In this document: positions 1 through 9,545 of the stretch, in pieces
Layout: every line of letters begins with the position of its first letter
Position numbering within the stretch: the stretch's first letter is position 1
Source of the DNA: Oculatellaceae cyanobacterium bins.114
GTDB taxonomy: Bacteria > Cyanobacteriota > Cyanobacteriia > Elainellales > Elainellaceae
Direction of reading: 5' to 3'
DNA: 33,469 nt
Assembly: GCA_033764315.1 (NCBI GenBank)
Contig: JANRJA010000044.1
Coordinates: 1-33,469, forward strand
Position numbers and translations under genes: made by a program
Notes under the pieces: model-generated
The model's input: the letters and a program-made list of their open reading frames with translations, nothing else
Database searches by the model: none
What the model was told of the DNA's origin: nothing

Positions 1-116
1 GGCGGTTAAAACCGCGACTACAAAAACAAAGTCCGCCGTCGCGGACTCAAGCCAATCTAGGCTTTTTGTAACCTGCGGAGGCAGGTTTTGTTCGTGTAGC
101 TGCGACTTGAGTCGCC
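1..116. repeat. REP-like/short dispersed repeat made of two mirrored arms with four small hairpins (may extend left of the window)
   Basis: Hairpins GCGGTT-aa-AACCGC (2-15), GTCCGC-cgtc-GCGGAC (31-46), ACCTGC-ggag-GCAGGT (71-86) and GCGACT-tg-AGTCGC (102-115). Arm 1-46 is an imperfect reverse complement of arm 71-116, with GTAG/CTAC near the foot of the outer hairpins. Confidence 0.75.
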
Positions 117-472
117 AATGCTACCTAAATCTAGACTTTTAAGACACCCTCTTAGTCGAAGCATTAAATATTACATTGATTTTTTCTAGATAGTGGTAAG
201 TATGATCTAAAGGCGACTAGAATCCTTTAATTGGGCAATCTAGGGAAGGGTGAGTTGAGTGTAGCCCTTTTATTGGGTTTATGCCCATCTGCTTACAAAC
301 CTGGTCTCTAGGTTCGTCTGAGAGGTATGATTTGGGCTTGAGCAAGCGTTGGAAGCAGATGCATCTTTTACAGATTGGTTTTGCTAATGTGGGTCATTCC
401 ATGACCGATGAGCAAAATCTGATCTGCAAAGTAACAGAGTGGAGTGTGCCTGGAGTCGTTGAATAATTTTTT

Positions 473-955
473 ATGTTAACCAGTGTTGATCGGTTGCTAT
501 TTGTCAGAGGAGTTCCCATTTTTAAAGAACTACGGGATGACTTCTTAGTGCGATTGGCATCCATCATGGATGAATTGTCATTCCCAACAAAACACACGAT
601 TTTTACTCAGGGGCAAGAGGGGCGATCGCTCTACATTCTTGTGTCAGGTCGAGTCAAAGTACACATCAGCAATCGAGAACTGGCCCGATTAGAGCAAGGA
701 GCTTGTTTTGGTGAGATGTCGTTGTTTGATGCTGAGCCTCGTTCAGCCTCTATCACCACCCTAGAACCCTGTGAATGTCTGATCTTGACGCAACAACAGC
801 TCTACGAGGCGATCGACGAGACTCCAGGCATTGCAGTTAACATTATTCGCTTGTTGTCACGCCGGATTCGCGAGTTAAATATCAAACTCAACGCTCAGAA
901 CGAAGGGGTTCGTAGACTACCTCCCATGATTCATGAGAAGCTGGCAGAATTGTAA
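473..955 (+). CDS. Stand-alone cyclic nucleotide-binding domain protein
   Basis: cNMP-binding motifs IFTQGQEGRSLYILVSGRV and GACFGEMSLFDAEPRSAS; 160 aa, too short for a C-terminal HTH. Confidence 0.9.
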   Translation: MLTSVDRLLFVRGVPIFKELRDDFLVRLASIMDELSFPTKHTIFTQGQEGRSLYILVSGRVKVHISNRELARLEQGACFGEMSLFDAEPRSASITTLEPCECLILTQQQLYEAIDETPGIAVNIIRLLSRRIRELNIKLNAQNEGVRRLPPMIHEKLAEL

Positions 956-983
956 AAACTATCTGCCCAGTAGCAAAACGCTG

Positions 984-2003
984 TCACCCTGTCACTCCAT
1001 TTCCTTGCCCTTCTACTACTTGCTTCTGGCGACTACAGTAGACAACCAGTAAGGTGAATAGAGTGATCCCGACCAAGTATTTCAGCGGATCTGGGATGGC
1101 AGGATTGGGCGAAAAGAAGCCCTCAATCACACCCGCAATAACCAGCATCGGAATGATCCCACAAATCAACTGCGCGGCTTGCATGCCGTAATAGCGTAAG
1201 GCGTCGGGGCGGCGATATTTTCCTGGAAAGAGGATTCCTCGTGCTAACAATAACCCTGCTCCTCCTGCAAAGAAAATAGCTGGCAACTCCAGGGAACCGT
1301 GAGGCAACACAAATGCCCAAAAGGGATAAGCGAGGTTATTTTGTCCAACGAGTGTGCTGACTGCCCCAATGAGCAGGCCATTATTAAATAGCAGATATGC
1401 AGTAAAGACGCCGGGAGGGGTGAGGAGTGACAATTCGGGTAAAAACATGGTCACTCCACCAAAAACGGCAAATAGGGACACAGAGATGTTGTTAATCATA
1501 ATGCCGCTTGAGGCCAGGGGTTCGACCCCGACGATTGATCCCATCCACAACTCGCCGCGATCGCGCACTTTAGAAATCAACTCTTCTGGCACCACTAACG
1601 CCATAAATGCCGGATCTCGCCAACAAAACCACCAGGCAATTAAGGCTCCTACCAGAAATAGGGCGATCGCCAGAGCAATGTAAGCAAAGTTGCGCTGCAC
1701 AGTTGCTGGAAACCCCCACAGGCAAAATTCTAGAGCTGAGTTCCACTCTTGCCGCCTTGACCCTTGATAAATCTGGTTATAGCCCCGTGAGGTCAACAGT
1801 TGTAGCTCTTGCGCCAGCGATCGGCTGACCGGATTTCTTCTAATGCGGGCTAAGTCAGCAGAAACAGAACGATAAAGGCTGGCTAATAATTTGATCTCAT
1901 CTGCCTTTAATGACTTCAATCCTTTGCGCTCGACCTGTTTGAGCAGGGTATCTAAGCGTTTCCAATCAGGTTCGCGGCGGGCAATCCAGCGTTGAATGTT
2001 CAT
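984..2003 (-). CDS. Stage II sporulation protein M (SpoIIM/DUF95) family membrane protein
   Basis: N-terminus MNIQRWIARREPDWKRL, IMINNI, LPHGSLELPAI and IEGFFSP motifs; multiple TM segments. Confidence 0.9.
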   Translation of the reverse strand: MNIQRWIARREPDWKRLDTLLKQVERKGLKSLKADEIKLLASLYRSVSADLARIRRNPVSRSLAQELQLLTSRGYNQIYQGSRRQEWNSALEFCLWGFPATVQRNFAYIALAIALFLVGALIAWWFCWRDPAFMALVVPEELISKVRDRGELWMGSIVGVEPLASSGIMINNISVSLFAVFGGVTMFLPELSLLTPPGVFTAYLLFNNGLLIGAVSTLVGQNNLAYPFWAFVLPHGSLELPAIFFAGGAGLLLARGILFPGKYRRPDALRYYGMQAAQLICGIIPMLVIAGVIEGFFSPNPAIPDPLKYLVGITLFTLLVVYCSRQKQVVEGQGNGVTG

Positions 2004-2114
2004 AATTCGTGAACTTTTGCCAGGGTTAAATTCAGCCTAACTTAAGATAGCTTTGAAACGTTATAAAACGGTTGTTATAAGAACCTTTTAACCCTTACCT
2101 CAAGCCCATTCCAT

Positions 2115-3041
2115 ATGTCTCAAAATCTTGGCCCGATTAGCCCCTTACAACCGCTGAATATTGGCAACGTTGTGAGTGCAGGGGTAGTGCTCTATCGATC
2201 GCACCTGAAATCCTATCTGGGTGTTGCCCTACAAGGCGCACTGTGGTCTTTTCTTCCCTTTTTGGTGCTGATTCCTCTAGGAGCAGTGCTGTATGGTTCG
2301 TTTGCGGTGGGTGGGTCGCCACCCGCTATTCTCTGGTTATTGGTGCCCGTCTGGATCGTCCTGTTATTTTTTTGCGGGGCAAAATATCTGTTGTACTCGG
2401 CTCTGCTGGCTCGATTGACCTTTAAAGATTTAGACAGTCAACCCGAAACGGTTCGCGATGCCCGTCAACGCTTGAATACTCGTCTATGGTCGTTTTTTGG
2501 GCTGGCTGTGTTGCTCTCTATATTGATGTTCGTGGTGTATTTTGGTCTGGCAATGGCTGTTGGCATTCTCAGCACCGCGATCGCTCTGGGCTTGTCTGGT
2601 ATTCTCGGTCAAACCGCATCAACCGCACTGGCATTTATTCTCGCGGGAGTTGTGGTTATAGTTGGGTTGACCTGGTTCTTTTCCCGATGGTTTGTGTCTG
2701 AGGTGGTTTTAGCCGTTGAAGATGGTATTGATGTCGGTCGTAGTCTGAGTCGCAGTTGGGAACTCACAGAAGCATCGGTTTTGAGAATCCAAGGGGTGAT
2801 ATTGGTCGCATTTCTGATCACCTTGCCTCTACTCGCCTTGACTAACTACATTCCATCCTTTGCCCTGACTCGGATTGAGCCTGCGTCGCCAACCTATTTT
2901 GTGGTCTATGGCATTTCTCTAATTGCCAGTTTTTTGAGCTGGATTTTGATACTGCCATTTTGGCAATCGGTCAAGAGTGTGTTGTATTATGACCTCCGCA
3001 ATCGTCGTGAAGGGTTAGGGTTGCAGTTACGAGATAGCTAG
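2115..3041 (+). CDS. Integral membrane protein (DUF975/glycerophosphoryl diester phosphodiesterase membrane domain-like)
   Basis: PLNIGNVVSAG start, about 6 hydrophobic helices, SLSRSWELT and YYDLRNRREGLGL motifs typical of this cyanobacterial family. Confidence 0.7.
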   Translation: MSQNLGPISPLQPLNIGNVVSAGVVLYRSHLKSYLGVALQGALWSFLPFLVLIPLGAVLYGSFAVGGSPPAILWLLVPVWIVLLFFCGAKYLLYSALLARLTFKDLDSQPETVRDARQRLNTRLWSFFGLAVLLSILMFVVYFGLAMAVGILSTAIALGLSGILGQTASTALAFILAGVVVIVGLTWFFSRWFVSEVVLAVEDGIDVGRSLSRSWELTEASVLRIQGVILVAFLITLPLLALTNYIPSFALTRIEPASPTYFVVYGISLIASFLSWILILPFWQSVKSVLYYDLRNRREGLGLQLRDS

Positions 3042-3083
3042 AAGACTTAATTGTGAGGAGGGAAAATAGGGAGGCGATATCTT

Positions 3084-3800
3084 TTATTGTTCGTTAGATG
3101 ACTCATTTTCACCGGGTTGGTTGAGCCAAGCCTCATACAAATCGGGTCGTCGCTCGCGAGTTCGTTGAATTTGCTGCTCTCGTCGCCATTGGGCGATCGC
3201 TTGGTGATTGCCCGACAACAGCACTTCTGGCACTTTTAAGCCCTGAAACTCAGCCGGGCGAGTGTATTGCGGATAATCTAATAATCCAGCTTCAAAACTC
3301 TCAGCCTTGAGAGACTCCACCTTGCCGACTGTGCCCGGTAACAGCCGAATCACGCCATTAAGCAATGCTAAAGCTGGAATTTCACCACAAGTGAGGACAA
3401 AATCGCCCAACGATATTTCTCGATTAACCAGATGCAGCACGCGTTCATCCAACCCTTCATAATGTCCGCAAATTACAACCAATTGGTCAAAGTTTGTTGA
3501 TAATTCCTGAAAGAGCTTCTGGTTCATCGTCTGCCCCTGTGGGGTCATCAAAATCACCTGACGGGGAGGCAAAATGGGAACGGATTCTATCGCTGCAAAA
3601 ACGGGTTCGGGTTTCATTAACATCCCCACACCCCCGCCATAGGGCTCGTCATCTACCCGCCGATGCTTGTCAAGAGCAAAATCTCGCGGGTTAATCAAAG
3701 AGACCGTCGCAATTTGCCTAGCTAGAGCCTTGCCCAATAAGCCTGAGCTTAGAGGAGATGTAAAAAAATCTGGAAATAGAGTAATGATGTCAAAGCGCAC
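3084..3800 (-). CDS. trmD: tRNA (guanine37-N1)-methyltransferase
   Basis: MRFDIITLFP, DDEPYGGGVGM, CGHYEGLDER, SLGDFVLTCGE, YPQYTRP and VPEVLLSGNH motifs; GTG start. Confidence 0.98.
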   Translation of the reverse strand: MRFDIITLFPDFFTSPLSSGLLGKALARQIATVSLINPRDFALDKHRRVDDEPYGGGVGMLMKPEPVFAAIESVPILPPRQVILMTPQGQTMNQKLFQELSTNFDQLVVICGHYEGLDERVLHLVNREISLGDFVLTCGEIPALALLNGVIRLLPGTVGKVESLKAESFEAGLLDYPQYTRPAEFQGLKVPEVLLSGNHQAIAQWRREQQIQRTRERRPDLYEAWLNQPGENESSNEQ

Positions 3801-3973
3801 GAAAAATTAAACTCTAAATTTGGGATGATTGCGTAATCAGGGAAAATTGACGGGTTTGTTCTATGTTCTTAATAAACTTTTAATATTTTAATAAGATTAG
3901 AGTAGTCAGGATAGGAATATCTTTGTGAGTCAGCCAGTTTCAACGATTACACTTGTAAAGTTTATACATATCG

Positions 3974-4897
3974 ATGAACAGAAGTGGCATCAACTTCGGC
4001 AACCTCTTGGAGCGGATCAGTAACTTCATGTCTAGGAACGATATGATGCTGCAACTAGAACCTCAATTTTCTCCGCAGAGGATGTCTCAATCCACAAAAA
4101 CTGCTGTTATGGTTATCGGTGGCGCTGAGGACAAAGTTCACGGTCGCCAAATCCTCCATGCATTTTTTAATCGGGCTGGAGGGGTAGATGCCCAAATTGC
4201 CATTATTCCCTGTGCATCGCGTGATCCTGAAGCGATCGGGCATCGCTATCACGAGATCTTTACCGATATGGGTGCCAAGGCAATCGAGATCTTGGATATT
4301 CGTGAGCGAGAGCAGGGGCAAGATACGTTTTGGCAATCCTTCATTCACACCTGTACCGGGGTATTTATGACCGGTGGAGATCAACTCCGTTTGTGTGGTC
4401 TGATGGCAGATACTCCCATTATGGACACAATTCGCATTCGTGCCCAATTGGGTGAAATAACGCTGGCGGGCACCAGTGCTGGAGCGGCTGTCATGGGGCA
4501 ACATATGATTGCCGGAGGTGGCAGTGGAGAATCGCCTAATCGATCGCTTGTTGACCTGACTACGGGATTGGGGATCATTCCTGATGTCATTGTCGATCAG
4601 CACTTTCATAACCGAAACCGAATGGCTCGTTTGATGAGTGCGATCGCTGCTTATCCTGACAAATTGGGCATTGGTATTGATGAAGATACCTGTGCTTTGT
4701 TTGAAAGCAGCCGTTCATTTCAAGTGATCGGCAAAGGCACGGTGACAGTGATTGATCCCGCTGAGATGTGTTACACCAACTATCAAGATATTGGTACGAC
4801 TGATCCCCTGAGTATTCACAATCTGCGGGTTCACATTCTCAGTCATGGCGATCGCTATGACATGCACAAGCGAGTCTCTACTCCTGAGAGTCATTAG
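3974..4897 (+). CDS. cphB: Cyanophycinase (true start may be a later ATG, e.g. 4043 or 4082)
   Basis: IGGAEDK, TGGDQLRL, catalytic GTSAG, DQHFHNRNRMARL and GIGIDEDT motifs; directly upstream of cphA. Confidence 0.97.
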   Translation: MNRSGINFGNLLERISNFMSRNDMMLQLEPQFSPQRMSQSTKTAVMVIGGAEDKVHGRQILHAFFNRAGGVDAQIAIIPCASRDPEAIGHRYHEIFTDMGAKAIEILDIREREQGQDTFWQSFIHTCTGVFMTGGDQLRLCGLMADTPIMDTIRIRAQLGEITLAGTSAGAAVMGQHMIAGGGSGESPNRSLVDLTTGLGIIPDVIVDQHFHNRNRMARLMSAIAAYPDKLGIGIDEDTCALFESSRSFQVIGKGTVTVIDPAEMCYTNYQDIGTTDPLSIHNLRVHILSHGDRYDMHKRVSTPESH

Positions 4898-5413
4898 TGT
4901 CGCAACGGTTGCAGAATTGCCCTGCTGTAACACGAGAGGCTAATGACCTCACCTCTAGTGGAAGAGTCATTTCCTCTGAAGGGTTAATTTTAATCTGTTA
5001 GCCTGAAAATCGCTGTTATAGTAACCGCCGAGATGGTTGAAACACAGAAAAGGACTAGAGATTTTGTCATCAGCCAGAGTCTACCGTTCAGTTGAGTTGG
5101 TGATGTCGCCGCCCTTACACGCCGTTCTAACCATCCCTGTGGGTGCTATAAAATTCTCTAAACTTCCACAAAATCACCTCCTTGGATGACTTTGTAGAAT
5201 GAAGCACGATCTCTGATTGTTGTCGTACTCTTAGGGAATAACTCCTACGCTTTCTCGTTCAGATGCCGTTCTGACCTTCAAGAATTCATTCGTGAATCCA
5301 AGAAAAATGTTCGCAGTGAACGTTTGCCGGTTCCCTAAAGCGTGAGACTAGTCAATTGGTGCCATTCGCTGCTAATGCCGCCCTACCGTCGCACGATCCC
5401 TTGATATATCGTT

Positions 5414-8158
5414 ATGAAAATTCTCAAGACCCAAACGCTGCGAGGTCCTAATTACTGGAGCATCCGCCATCATAAGGTTGTCGTGATGCGTCTAGATTTA
5501 GAAGACTTGGCAGAGTGCCCCTCTAATCAGATTCCCGGTTTCTATGAAGGTCTAGTCGAAGTATTACCCAGTTTAGTCGAGCACTTTTGCTCACCGGGGT
5601 GTCGGGGTGGTTTCCTGAGCCGAGTGCAAGAGGGAACCATGATGGGGCACATTGCTGAACATGTAGCCTTAGAACTGCAAACGCTTGCTGGAATGATCGT
5701 TGGGTTTGGGCGCACTCGTGAAACTTCTACCCCCGGTATTTATCAGGTGGTGATTGAGTATCAAGATGAGCAAGCCGGACGTTATGCAGCTAGAGCAGCT
5801 GTCCGGTTATGTCAGAGCATCGTTGATACAGGACATTACTCTCTCACGGAGTTAGAGCAAGATCTCAAGGACCTGCGCGAATTTGCTGGAGATGCAGCAC
5901 TGGGACCGAGTACAGAAAATATTATCAAAGCGGCTGAATTGCGGGGAATTCCTTGGATGCCATTGAGCACTAGGGCTTTGATTCAACTGGGTCATGGGGC
6001 TTACCAAAAACGAATTCAAGCAAGTCTGACCAGCTCGACGGGCATTTTAGGGGTTGAGTTGGCGAGCGACAAAGAAGGGACAAAGCGTCTCTTACGCGAT
6101 GCAGGCATTCCTGTTCCCAGAGGCACCGTCATCTATTACTTGGATGAACTGGAGCAAGCGGTCGAAGATGTGGGTGGCTTCCCAATTGTGATTAAGCCGT
6201 TGGATGGTAATCATGGACGAGGCATTACCATCAACATTAATTCTTGGGATTTGGCAGAAGAAGCGTACGATGCTGCAAAGGCAGAGTCACGTACAAAAGC
6301 CGTAATTGTAGAGCGTTATTATGTCGGGCAAGACCATCGCATTCTCGTAGTGAATGGCAAAGTGGTTGCTGTGGCAGAGCGGGTGCCTGCTCATGTGATT
6401 GGAGATGGAAAATCTACGATCGCCGACCTGATTGAAAAAACCAATCAAGATCCGCGTCGAGGTGAGGGACATGACAATGTTTTGACCCAAATCGAACTCG
6501 ATCGCACTAGTTTTCAACTATTAGAGCGGCAGGGCTACTCTTTGGATATGGTTTTGCCGATTGGGCAAATTTGTTATCTCAAAGCAACGGCAAATTTGAG
6601 TACTGGCGGCATTGCGGTCGATCGCACTGACGACATTCACCCCGAAACGCTCTGGATTGCTGAACGGGTTGCCAAAGTGATTGGACTCGATATTGCTGGG
6701 TTGGATGTGGTGACTCCCGACATTTCTCGTCCGTTACGCGAAATGGATGGAGTGGTCGTAGAGGTGAATGCGGCTCCAGGCTTGCGGATGCACTTTTGCC
6801 CCAGTGAGGGCATCCCCCGTAATGTGGGAGAGGCGATCGTTGATATGCTGTTTCCTGCGGGTGCACCTACCCGTGTGCCCATCGTCGCCATCACGGGCAC
6901 CAATGGCAAAACAACAACGACTCGCTTGATTGCTCATATTTTTAGACAAACCCGGCAAGTGGTCGGTTACACCACCACCGATGGCATCTATATTGGCGAC
7001 TATTTAGTGGAACGGGGCGATACAACCGGGCCTCAAAGTGCTCAGGTGATTTTGCAAGACCCCACCGTTGAAATCGCGGTGCTAGAAACAGCCCGAGGTG
7101 GCATTTTGCGATCGGGCTTGGGCTTTACTCAATGTGATGTTGGGGTCGTGTTAAATGTCGCTGCTGATCACTTAGGAATTGGCGATATTGACACCGTTGA
7201 AGAACTGGCGCATCTCAAGAGTGTGGTGGTGGAGTCAGCTCGCCCTAATGGGTATGCCATCTTGAATGCAGATGACCCCCTGGTCGTGGCAATGGCAAAA
7301 CGGGTCAAGGCTCAAGTCGCTTACTTCTCTATGAACCCTGAGAATGAGGTGGTGAGACTGCATACTCAACAGGGCGGATTGGCGGCAGTCTATGAAAATG
7401 GTTATCTCTCGATCTTGAAAGGAGATTGGACCTTGCGAATTGAGCAAGCAGTCCATTTGCCGTTAACGATGGGTGGACGTGCTCCTTTCATGATTGCCAA
7501 TGCGCTAGCTGCAAGTTTGGCAGCCTTTGCTCAAGGCATTCGCATCGAAGATATTCGGATGGCGTTAAATACCTTCCAGGCGTCTGTCAATCAAACCCCT
7601 GGTCGGATGAATTTGTTTAATCTAGGTCATTATCATGCCTTGATTGACTACGCTCACAACCCCCATAGTTATGAAGCTCTGGGGCAGTTCATCCGCAATT
7701 GGCAGGGTGAACACATCGGTGTGATTGGAGGACCAGGCGATCGCCGTGATGAAGACTTTGTTACGCTTGGCAGGCTCTCAGCGGCTATTTTTGACCGCAT
7801 CTTTATCAAAGAAGATGACGATAACCGAGGCCGCCCTCGCGGAGAAGCCGCAGAACTCATCGTTCGGGGGATTCAGCAGATTCAACCTAATTTGCGCTAT
7901 GAAGTCATTCTGAATGAGACCGAGGCAGTGAATATGGCACTGGATGGTGCCCCTGAGGGTAGCTTGGTTGTGATTTTGCCAGAATCGGTCGATCGTGCCC
8001 TGAGTTTAATCAATACTCGTCGCCCGATTGAGGCGGTAGCGACTACGCCTGCCTCTAGTGTGGCTAATGGAAAACCTGATGAGACATCAGAAAACCTGCA
8101 AAATGGGTTTCAAACCATTGATGTGGAATCTGAAGAATACGTTCAATCGGGTGGTTAA
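5414..8158 (+). CDS. cphA: Cyanophycin synthetase (CphA1 type)
   Basis: MKILKTQTLRGPNYWS start, N-domain HFCSPGCRGGF and HIAEH, ATP-grasp KPLDGNHGRG and EVNAAPG, Mur-ligase TGTNGKTTT, ETARGG and DYAHN. Confidence 0.98.
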   Translation: MKILKTQTLRGPNYWSIRHHKVVVMRLDLEDLAECPSNQIPGFYEGLVEVLPSLVEHFCSPGCRGGFLSRVQEGTMMGHIAEHVALELQTLAGMIVGFGRTRETSTPGIYQVVIEYQDEQAGRYAARAAVRLCQSIVDTGHYSLTELEQDLKDLREFAGDAALGPSTENIIKAAELRGIPWMPLSTRALIQLGHGAYQKRIQASLTSSTGILGVELASDKEGTKRLLRDAGIPVPRGTVIYYLDELEQAVEDVGGFPIVIKPLDGNHGRGITININSWDLAEEAYDAAKAESRTKAVIVERYYVGQDHRILVVNGKVVAVAERVPAHVIGDGKSTIADLIEKTNQDPRRGEGHDNVLTQIELDRTSFQLLERQGYSLDMVLPIGQICYLKATANLSTGGIAVDRTDDIHPETLWIAERVAKVIGLDIAGLDVVTPDISRPLREMDGVVVEVNAAPGLRMHFCPSEGIPRNVGEAIVDMLFPAGAPTRVPIVAITGTNGKTTTTRLIAHIFRQTRQVVGYTTTDGIYIGDYLVERGDTTGPQSAQVILQDPTVEIAVLETARGGILRSGLGFTQCDVGVVLNVAADHLGIGDIDTVEELAHLKSVVVESARPNGYAILNADDPLVVAMAKRVKAQVAYFSMNPENEVVRLHTQQGGLAAVYENGYLSILKGDWTLRIEQAVHLPLTMGGRAPFMIANALAASLAAFAQGIRIEDIRMALNTFQASVNQTPGRMNLFNLGHYHALIDYAHNPHSYEALGQFIRNWQGEHIGVIGGPGDRRDEDFVTLGRLSAAIFDRIFIKEDDDNRGRPRGEAAELIVRGIQQIQPNLRYEVILNETEAVNMALDGAPEGSLVVILPESVDRALSLINTRRPIEAVATTPASSVANGKPDETSENLQNGFQTIDVESEEYVQSGG

Positions 8159-8278
8159 ACATTGGAAGAGAGAAAACGCGACCATCCAGTACGGTTGACA
8201 CACTCCTCAAACCACGGTGCAAACGGTACGATCAGATTACGAACTTATCGGTGTTGCCACTTAAGAGGGTAAAACGCT

Positions 8279-8623
8279 ATGCAAACTTTGTATGACTCTG
8301 ACAAACGCAAACTGTTGTCATCGTTGTGTCATGGGTCAATTTTTGTGAGTGCATTATTGCTTTCAGCTGGAATTCCACTCGCGATTCTATTTGTTTCCGA
8401 TGATCCAATCGTCAAAGAGAATGCTAAAGAATCGCTCAACTTCCACTTTAATATGTGGCTATATGGCATTATCTTTGGCTTGCTATGCTTGCTCTTGATT
8501 GGCTATCCCCTATTAGGGCTATTGTTTATCGTCAATATGGTCATGCCAGTGTTGGCGATCGTCAAATGTTTGCGCAACCCTGATGAAGTGTTTCGCTATC
8601 CATTTATCTTTAGAGTCCTTTAG
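8279..8623 (+). CDS. DUF4870 (Tic20-like) small membrane protein
   Basis: LLSSLCHGSIF, VKENAKESLNF and FRYPFIFR motifs; 3 hydrophobic segments. Confidence 0.85.
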   Translation: MQTLYDSDKRKLLSSLCHGSIFVSALLLSAGIPLAILFVSDDPIVKENAKESLNFHFNMWLYGIIFGLLCLLLIGYPLLGLLFIVNMVMPVLAIVKCLRNPDEVFRYPFIFRVL

Positions 8624-8654
8624 AATCGACGCTCAGATGTCGTTCTTCAATCGT

Positions 8655-8692
8655 AGCTCCCCGGAATCTTTGAGACATCGGGGAGCTTGTTT
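8655..8692. terminator. Probable intrinsic terminator between convergent genes
   Basis: AGCTCCCCG (8655-8663) / CGGGGAGCT (8679-8687) stem followed by TGTTT, between stops at 8623(+) and 8694(-). Confidence 0.6.
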
Positions 8693-8693
8693 A

Positions 8694-8981
8694 CTATTCA
8701 ATAAATTGTAAGAATTGCACCTTGGGTTGATCTAGGGTGTGAAACTGAGCGGCAGTTGCTTCAATCTGATGAAGCTGACCGAGTGCCAATCCACAGGGCA
8801 TTCCATATTTGGCTAAAACGCGATCGCTGGCAATGTTAAGGGCAGTTCGCGATCGCTCCACAAAGTCTGCAAGCTCATACTCACTTTCAGGTACAAAGTA
8901 CTCTTTAACAATCAATGAGGGTGAGTAACACGTCTCTTGAGAACCATCGGGCCATTGAATTTGAAAGCGAATCTCAGGCAT
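8694..8981 (-). CDS. MSMEG_0570 family nitrogen-starvation response protein
   Basis: MPEIRFQIQWPDGSQETCYSPSLIVKEYF, ALNIASDRVLAKYGMPC signature; ATG at 8981 preferred over the TTG at 8993. Confidence 0.85.
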   Translation of the reverse strand: MPEIRFQIQWPDGSQETCYSPSLIVKEYFVPESEYELADFVERSRTALNIASDRVLAKYGMPCGLALGQLHQIEATAAQFHTLDQPKVQFLQFIE

Positions 8982-9009
8982 AGCAACTCTCAAAGCAGTA
9001 ACAAAGCAT

Positions 9010-9411
9010 TTAGTCGATCGCGATTACTCGAATCGTATCACTGCTTTGAGGACAGTTGTGATCAGAAGTGGCAGGGAGATCTTCACCAAACCAATCCTGT
9101 AACTTCTGCTTTGCCGCCTGTTTTACCTCTGGAGTGATGCACATCGTGACGGTTACAAGTGCTGCTGCGATCGTACCCAAATCATCTGCATATCCTATGA
9201 AAGGGGTGAAATCAGGAATGGCATCTGTCGGCAAAATAAAATAAGCCAACGCAGAATAAATTACAGTTTTTGCCCAAAGGGGTGTTTCTGGTTGTTGAGC
9301 CGCGTAATACAACATCAAGACTTTCTCAACAACATCTTTACCTGCTTGAGTTGCAACCCGCTTGAGTTTTTCCCACAAACCTTTCTCAGAATAATGTGAT
9401 GAATCTGCCAT
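9010..9411 (-). CDS. YkvA family (DUF1232) protein
   Basis: PLWAKTVIYSALAYFILPTDAIPDFTPFIGYADD motif; ATG at 9411. Confidence 0.9.
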   Translation of the reverse strand: MADSSHYSEKGLWEKLKRVATQAGKDVVEKVLMLYYAAQQPETPLWAKTVIYSALAYFILPTDAIPDFTPFIGYADDLGTIAAALVTVTMCITPEVKQAAKQKLQDWFGEDLPATSDHNCPQSSDTIRVIAID

Positions 9412-9545
9412 CGCTAAATCCCCAGTCAATCTTCCTTCAACTTTAGCGTGCAGGAGCTTGACTGGGGAGAGAGGATTACCGAACGAAGGCAGCGCAGAGC
9501 CGTTCTCAGTTGAATTGTTTGCTATTAAGACTGCTCAGAATCAGA

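Noticed and set aside
281..466. 61-aa ORF upstream of the cNMP gene
   Set aside because: No recognisable motif; insufficient support.
3954..3968. NtcA box upstream of cphB
   Set aside because: TGTA-N7-TACA has a spacer one base short of the N8 consensus.
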